This document shows, piece after piece, positions 56,657-64,000 of a stretch of DNA of 64,000 nt. This DNA comes from the human T2T-CHM13v2.0 reference genome, Homo sapiens, in assembly GCF_009914755.1 (NCBI RefSeq), contig NC_060947.1. One strand, written 5' to 3'. How positions within the stretch are numbered: position 1 is the first letter of the stretch; each line of letters opens with the position of its first letter. The translations under genes were made by a program, and so were the position numbers. Below the pieces are notes generated by a model. It had not been told where the DNA came from and ran no database searches. It saw only the letters and a list, made by a program, of their open reading frames with translations.

Positions 56657-58534
56657 CAGTCAAGCCAAGAGCCAAATCAGGAACAAACTCCCATTCACAA
56701 TTGCCACAAAAAGAATAAAATACCTAGGAATACAGCTAACTAGGGAGATGAAAAATCTCTAGAAGGAGAACTATAAACCACTGCTCAAAGAAATCACAGA
56801 TGACACAAACAAATGAAAAAACATTTTATGCTCATGGATAGGAAGAATCAAATATCAGTAAAATAGCCATATTGCCCAAAGCAATTTATAGATTCTATAC
56901 TATTCCTATCAAACTACCATTGAGATTCTTCACATAACTAGAAAAAAACTATTTAAGCCAAAAAAGAGCCCAGATAGCCAATGCAATCCTAAGCAAAAAG
57001 AACAAAGCCGGAGGCATCATGCTACCCAGCTTTGAACTGTACTACGGGGCTACAGTAACCAAAACAGCATGGTACTGGTACAAAAACAGACACATAGAGC
57101 AATGGAACATAATAGAGAATGCAGACATAAGACTGCACACCTACAGCCATCTGATCTTCTACAAACCTGACGAAAACAAGCAATGGGGAAAGGATTCCCT
57201 ATTTAATAAATGGTGCTGGGAGAATTGGCTAGCCATATGCAGAAAATGGAAACTGGACCCCATCCTTACAGGTTATACAAAAATTAACTCAAGATGGATT
57301 AAAGGCGTAAATGTAAAACCCAAAACTATGAACACCCGGGAAAATAACTTAGGCAATACCAATCAGGACATAGTCTCTGGCAAATATTTTATGACAAAGA
57401 TGCCAAAAACAATTGCAACAAAAGCAAAAATTGACAAATGAGATCTAATTAAACTAAAGAGCTTCTGCCCAGCAAAAGAAACTATCAACAGAGTAAACAG
57501 ACAACCTACAGAATGGGAGAAATTTTTTGCAAGCTATGCATTTGACAAAGGTGTAATATCCAGTATCTATAAGAACTTAAACAAATTTACAAGAAAAAAA
57601 CCCAAACAACCCCATTAAAAAGTAGGCAAAAGACATAAACAGACACTTTTCAAAAGAAGACATATATGTGGCCAACAATCATATGAAAAAAAGCTTATCA
57701 CTGATCGTTAGAGAAATGCAAATCAAAACCACATGAGATACCATCTCACGCCAGTCAGAATGGCTATTATGAAAAAGTCAAGCAATAACAGATGCTGATG
57801 ATGTTGTGGAGAGAAAGGAATGCTTATATACTGTTGGTGGGAGTGTAAAGTAGTTCAACCATTGTGGAAGACACTGTGGCAATTCCTCAAAGACCTAAAG
57901 ACAGAAATACCATTTGACCCAGCAATCCCATTACTGGGTATATACCCTAATGAATATAAATAATATAATATAAAAGTATGAATATTATATAATTATATAA
58001 TAGTTATATAATCTATATTTCTTTGAGTATACATCCAGTAATGTTCTATTACAAGGATACATGTACTTGTATGCTCATTGCATCATTATTCACAATAGCA
58101 AAGACATGGAATCAACCTAAATGTCCATCAATGGTAGACTGGTTAAAGAAAATGTGATACATATACACCATGGAATAGTATGCCACCATAAAAAGGAATG
58201 AGATCATGCCCTTTGCAGGGACATGGATGCAGCTGCAGGTCATTATCCTTAGCAAATAACCCAGGAACAGAAAACCAAATACTACATGTTCTTACTTATA
58301 AGTGGGAGCTAAATGATGAGAACACATGGAGACATGGTGGGGAACAGTACACACTAGGGCCTGTTGGAGAGAGGAGGGTAAGAGGAGGGAGAGGATCAGG
58401 AAAAATAACTAATGGGTACTAGGCTTAATACATGGGTGATGAAATAATCTGTACAACAAACACCCATGTCACAAGTTTGCCTATGTAACAAACCTGTACA
58501 TGTACCCCTGAACTCAAGATAAAAGTTAAAAAAA
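56657..58534 (+). mobile_element. L1PA13-15-like, 5'-truncated, ~1.9 kb
   Basis: ORF 57019-57441 [34 protein letters not shown] (ORF2); 3'UTR; TSD TAAA(G/A)GAGATTTGG at 56643 and 58552. Confidence 0.95.
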
Positions 58535-58629
58535 GGAAACACATGCAAAAATAAAAGAGATTTGGAATATGGAGGAAAAGGTGATGAAGGAAATAAAAAA
58601 TGCCAATTAATTAAACTTCCACTATTTTC

Positions 58630-58780
58630 TAGATGCTCTAGTAGACACTTTAACTCATTCTCATATCAGAACAATGCTGTGAGGTAGGTATAATGAAGTT
58701 TTCCCCTTTTCTTATACAAGTCAAGAAATTAAGACTCAGAAATTCAATAACTTGTGTAGAAGCCAGAGTTATGCTAGGGG
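58630..58780 (-). mobile_element. MIR
   Basis: ACAATGCTGTGAGGTAGGTA..AAGAAATTAAGACTCAGA..TAACTTG. Confidence 0.55.
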
Positions 58781-61080
58781 GTCCTCCTGCAAAGCCTATG
58801 ATCATCAGTAGGAGAAAATATGCATGTGAAGGTTGATAACCAGCTTTTCTTGCATGCAATAAGGGCAAGCCCTGTGTTGGGTGCACAAGAGATGTCAGCT
58901 CTGACAACCAAGAAGTGTTTGGGTTTGATTCGGCATGCAAGAATAGGGAAGTTATTTTGGATGAGAGATGTACAGTTCAGTTTCCAATGGATAAATGGGA
59001 AGAATATAGAGTCAGGGAAATGGATTAGAAGGTTTTTTCAGTGATTTCCATTTGAGTTTTTGTGGGCTTTGTCTGGGGTGGGAATTTGGAAAGAGTAGGG
59101 AAGGGACATGCATAACTGGAAAATCTTAATCCTGATGATGGAAAGCCTAAAAAGAGAGACATTGAAGTGAGAGAACAATGAACTTAATTTTACAAACACT
59201 ATTGGAGTCACTGGGCAAATGCACTAAAATAACTGGCAACGTGAGCCCAGAGAAATCCTGGGAGACATCTGTTATTAGGTGGAGATTGGAGATATATGAG
59301 GGGAGGAAGAATGGGAAGATGAAAGAGAAGAAGGCCAAGGTCCAGGTCTTAGCAAAGGCAATGGTGGAGGCAGGTCAAGAAGGAGTGAAGAAAAGAGGTT
59401 GAGAGGAGGGCAGGGAAGTAAGGGAAACAGGAGAGTAACCTGTGGGGCAGAGGGGAGCAGGAGGGTTAAGTGGCCTATCAGTGAGGCCAAACCCGTGACT
59501 AGGCTTTTCTTATTTGTGGGAGTCAGCCAGTCACAGGCAGTGGCCATTCTGGTCCTGTAGAAAGTCAAATTCCTATTTTATAGTGTGGACTTAATTTAAT
59601 TGGAGAACAAATATCTTTGAAAGATTTGATGCATCAGTCTAGAACTCTACCCCAAACTCTAATCTTTAGTGTGTTCTTGTTTTAAAATAAGGTGACATAA
59701 TCCAGTTTTGGAGTTTTTACAGCTGTTCTTTGCATTGACTGTTATACTGTACGCTGTGTACCCTGACTTGCGTGCTATGCCTTAAATGATTTTTGGTCAT
59801 GGTCTTTTTTTCACTGCACTGAATTTCAAAGTTATTGTCTATTTCAGTCACTGGCATTATGGTTATCTTTAGAGAAAATTAAACAAGTAAACCATTTACA
59901 TGCCCTAAGTAGATGGAAAATGATCTAAAATTGCATGCTTCTTTCCTGGAGATCTCTTTGCCAAATTCTTGGGCTAATCATCTAAATATTTGGATTCAAC
60001 ACTTTCTATTGGATCCATTTGTCTCATGACTGGTATGTTCAAAATTCCAGATGTGGAATTTGCCCCTCACTATTTTATTAAACAAAGATGTTACTCTGGT
60101 TTGGCAAAATGTCTTAAAGGTGGTGAGCAACAATGGCTTCAATATTTAGTGTATTTGAATACTGCCTTCTCAACAGGACAATATACTGCATTCTTTTCTT
60201 GGATAATTAAAATGTACTAAATGTTGTGTTTGGGCAGTAAAACCTAATTAAACACCCTGATGGAAAATAAGGCTCAGGGTCCTGTGGCAGGCCTGTAACC
60301 TTTAAACCAGAAGGCAGGGGAGCCCCCATATGTGCATCCATGGTTTTGGTCATTTAGAAGGACATCCAATTTTGCGGCTTCTTAACTGGCTGCCAAAAGA
60401 GGGATGGGATGGATGTTATGAGCACTATCTAGCTTAATGCAATTTAGGAAAGTTACCTCCTGAGCTATAATGAGGAGTTCCCCCTACCTGTTTAGCTCAT
60501 GCCCGCAGAGAACTTGATTGTGATTCTGGGCCAGAGCAAAGGCTTGACTTGCAACTCCTCCTGATCCACTTAGCTGCTGAATTCCCTTTCTGAGGGGCTT
60601 TTCCTTCTGGTGCCAAGCTTCTGTTTTCAGAGCAGAGTCATCTGATGTTTCACACACAGGCTTTCCTTGCTTCTCTTTCTCTTTTTCAGCTCACAGTAGC
60701 CCAGGCCTTTGGGAAGCTTCTATAAAAGGCCTTGGAGAAGTTCCAGATATGTGAGTGTGGCAACTCAGATCGGAAAATAACACTGGGACCCAAATGCTAG
60801 TTTCAATATCCTTCTTTGGTTCTTGTCTGTTTGAATGTGGCAGACATGACCATACGTGAAAGATTTGATCAGTTGATTCATTATGGCTCACTGACTAATA
60901 GGCCTCTGAGATATACCTGTCTCTCCTCTGGTGTCCCAAGCTTTAGGGAGGGAGTCTCTCCATGCCAAACTTTACCCCTTCTTCCCTGACCCCAGTACCA
61001 TCTGGTCTCCCTCCTCTTGTGGTAGAAGCTTAAGTATTAATGTTTTGAAGAAGCCAAGAATCCCTATGTTTTAGCTTGTA

Positions 61081-61445
61081 TTATGAACTGAATGTTTGTG
61101 TCCCCCCACCCCAGATTCCTATGTTGAAATCCTCACACCTAAAGTGATGGTATTAGGAAGTAGGGCCTTTCGAAAGTGAGCAGCTCATGATGGTGGAGCA
61201 CCCCATGAATGGAATTAGTGCCCTTGTCAGAAGATATGAGAAAGATAATTTTTTCTTGGCCATGTGAGGATACAATAAAAAGATGGCCATCTGCAAACCT
61301 GGAAGCAGACCCTTGCCAGGCACTGGATCTGCTGGCACCTTGATCTTGGACTTCCCAGCCTCCAGAACTGTGTGAAATAAATGTCTGTTGTTTAAGCCAT
61401 CCAGTCCATAACATTCTGTTATAGCAGCCTGAACTGACTAAGGCA
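61081..61445 (+). mobile_element. MLT1A-like solo LTR
   Basis: ACTGAATGTTTGTGTCCCC..GCACCTTGATCTTGGACTTCCCAGCCTCCAGAACTGTG..AATAAA..GACTAAGGCA. Confidence 0.9.
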
Positions 61446-61760
61446 GATTGGGTTCCCCCAGAACCTGACCCTGACACAAGGATTTGAGGGCACATAATTA
61501 ATTTGTGAAGTTATTCTAGGAAACAGTAGTAGGGGAGTGGGGAAGAGACAAGGGGAAGGGAAGGAAGCCAATTAAAGGTGCAGTATCAAGCAGGTTACAT
61601 CTGTGGGCAACTGAGGTCAGTTCCACTGGAGATCTCTGGGAGACAGTGTGGACAATGCCTCAGAGTTACCTGAGCAAGAAAGCTGAGTATTAATCCCCCA
61701 ACTCTCCCAAATCATCCTCTTAGGGCTGCTCACAAGGGAATTAGCTCCCTAAAGCATTTG
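61446..61760 (-). mobile_element. LTR16/LTR33-like fragment
   Basis: GGGTTCCCCCAGAA.CTGACCCTGA..AAGGATTTGAG..GGGAAGGGAAGGAAGCCAAT..TGTGGGCAACTG. Confidence 0.65.
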
Positions 61761-62797
61761 CTTCACTGAACTTCATGATAAATACCAAGGAAGAGAGAGA
61801 CTTGCTGGTTCAGATGAAAAATGAAAACACTGACACATTTAGGAGAACCTATGCCCATTTTGATTCTTGGCGACTTCTTCTCATTCTGTCTTTTGGGGAA
61901 GAAAGTGGTGAAGCATTGTTACAATACCCAAGTCCTCCTGGCTAGTAGGAGAGCCTGAGAGCCCAGTTGCCTCTGACCTGAGCTGTAACTATCTTTTTCA
62001 TAGGGATTGCTCTAACTTCTCCCTACTTCTCAGTCCATCTGACACATGGTTCCCAAACAAGCCCTTCTGAAAATGCTGCTTTTCTTTGCTGCTCATCTCC
62101 CTAACCTGGCTTCTAAAGTTACTTTCTCTATTTGATTCTAGCCTACTTGCCAGGCATGTCTCCTATCTGCACTCTATGCTCCATCCAAATGAGATTATCC
62201 TGGGTCAGCTTTAGGGCTTCTCTCTTCTAGACTTCAACTTATGTTGTTCCTTCCACCTGGAATACCCTGCATGAAACTTGTTCTTACTTTATTTGGTTTG
62301 TTGAAATCCTACCAAGTCTTTAAAGCCCCACCTAGATTTCTCTTTAATGAACTCTTTTCTTTGCCCTTTAACTCTCTGTGACACTTTTACTGCTGTCTTC
62401 TATTGTTTCTGGTATGTGTGTTCTCTATTCTATTAGATTTTAAATGTCTTGGGGGTAAGGACCATGTTTTATTCATCTCTATATCATTCCATATTCATCC
62501 AGCTAATTTAACAAAGATTCATTGAGTGTCAGAGACTGCATTCAAAATTGGAGCTCCAAAGATAAATGAGACATGACCCTTGCTCTCAAGGGAGCTCACA
62601 GGCCAGGCATAAGGGAGTGACTAGTGTAAATAAGTGTGTGTATCCATCTCGGTGCCTCAAATATTAGAGAATGGGCAAAGATCATGAGCGCAGAGAATGA
62701 ATGAAGGTACAGGGAGAACGTTTATTCTCATCTTATTTCCTGCAAATGCTCAGAAATTAGTTTGGGAAGATAGTTTTTAGGGGAGAAAATGAACATA

Positions 62798-63135
62798 CAG
62801 TAGTCTTCCCTTATTTTTCAGAATATGTTCTAAGACCCCCAGTGGATGTTTGAACCCGGGGGTAGTACTGAACCCTATATACACTAGGTTTTTTCCTATA
62901 CCTACATACCTATGATAAAGTTTAATTTATAAATTAGACGCAGCAAGAGATTAGCAATAATAACTAATGAAAAAATGGAACAATTATAACAATATACTGT
63001 AATAAAAGCTATGTGTAAGTAGTCTTTCTCTCTGTCTCTCAAAATATCTTATTGTATGTAATATTTTTGGACCATGATTGACTGCAGGTAACTGAAACCT
63101 TGGAAAGTGAAACAGTGAATAAGCAGGGAATATTG
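62798..63135. mobile_element. MER44A (Tigger7-derived) MITE
   Basis: TA|CAGTAGTCTTCCCTTAT..AAGACCCCCAGTGGATG..CCTATGATAAAGTTTAATTTATAAATTAG..TAAGCAGGGAATATTG|TA; TA TSD. Confidence 0.9.
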
Positions 63136-63179
63136 TAATTAGATTATGGCGGGAAGCACTTCTGTGTATCTCTCTTGGG

Positions 63180-63405
63180 GTGACAGAATGGTTTAGAAAA
63201 GGGCAATAAGCTTCAGAATCAGATTGCTCTGAGTTTGAATTCTAACTGTGCCAATTTATAGTTATGTGACTGTGAGTTACCTGCTTATTTCTTTATGTAT
63301 AAAACAGATAATACCCAACTAATAGCATAGTTGTAAAATTAAATGAGATAACACTTTCATAGGGCCTAGCAAATGTTTGGAACTTATTAGATGCTTGGTA
63401 ACTAA
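63180..63405 (+). mobile_element. MIR
   Basis: GAGTTTGAATTCTAACTGTGCCA..TGTGAC..TGTATAAAA..ATTAAATGAGATAA. Confidence 0.7.
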
Positions 63406-63864
63406 TGGGCTTCACCCTACCATCTCTGCTTTTAAAAAATAAAGGGAATTTTTGATTTTCTGTCTATACTAGAACAATCTGGGTGGAGAGAGGTTTGATC
63501 TCTTCACTTTTCTCTACCTAAGTGGAAAGCTTTGAACTTACATTTCTTTTTCATTGCTTTTGAATCTCCATGCCAATTTCAAGCATAGATTTCAGGTACT
63601 ATTGGGCTCAGTGGTGGAAAGAGGGAGAAGTTGGCCTTCCTTTGGGGCATCTAAAGAAAGACCTTTAGATAGGGTAATGTTCTAAAAGTAGGAATTGCTT
63701 TTAGAAATTAGATCTCCTTTCCACTTGAATTTGTGAATCATTAGAGCTTAAATAGTCCTTATGGTTTTTCTATTTTTAGATCATTTCCATTTATTTTTAG
63801 AGGATTCAATGAAAAGATGCTGGTTTTGGTGCCCTGGGGTCAGCTTTTTTCTTTATCTTTTCTT

Positions 63865-63970
63865 CCAATAAACAGTTATTGAATACCTACTGAATACCAG
63901 GCGCTGATTAATGAGCAAGTAGTGAGCAAAACAGACAAGGGCACTGCCCCCAGAGACCTTATAACTTGTG
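63865..63970 (-). mobile_element. L2 3' end
   Basis: TTATTGAATACCTACT..CCAGGC..AGTGAGCAAAACAGACAAG..CTGCCC. Confidence 0.7.
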
Positions 63971-64000
63971 GCAATGGGGGCTGGCAGTGATTAAATAATT

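Overview
Primate (probably human or great ape) non-coding DNA, intronic or intergenic, about half made of recognisable transposable elements. These are AluJ/S/Y SINEs, L1PA/PB/MA/MC/ME LINEs, MaLR solo LTRs (THE1, MST, MLT1), ERVL-type LTRs, a decayed ERVL pol remnant, DNA-transposon MITEs (MER33, MER44A, MER53, MER58), MIR and L2. I can support no host protein-coding exon, RNA gene or CRISPR array; the ORFs I could assign are Alu, L1 or LTR read-throughs and the rest look like chance frames. I found no new multi-gene system. The notable signals are fossil records of retrotransposition and DNA repair: (1) an L1PA16-like element with a ~400-bp 3' transduction inside one 15-bp TSD, in a four-level TE nest; (2) a 24-bp AluY stub with a pure 40-T tail; (3) a young L1 whose 5' truncation falls at the homologous position of the inverted older L1 beside it; (4) several short-range templated duplications, direct and inverted; (5) a head-to-head AluY pair 204 bp apart. 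Subfamily names come from recalled consensus sequences, not a database search, and boundaries of old elements are approximate.
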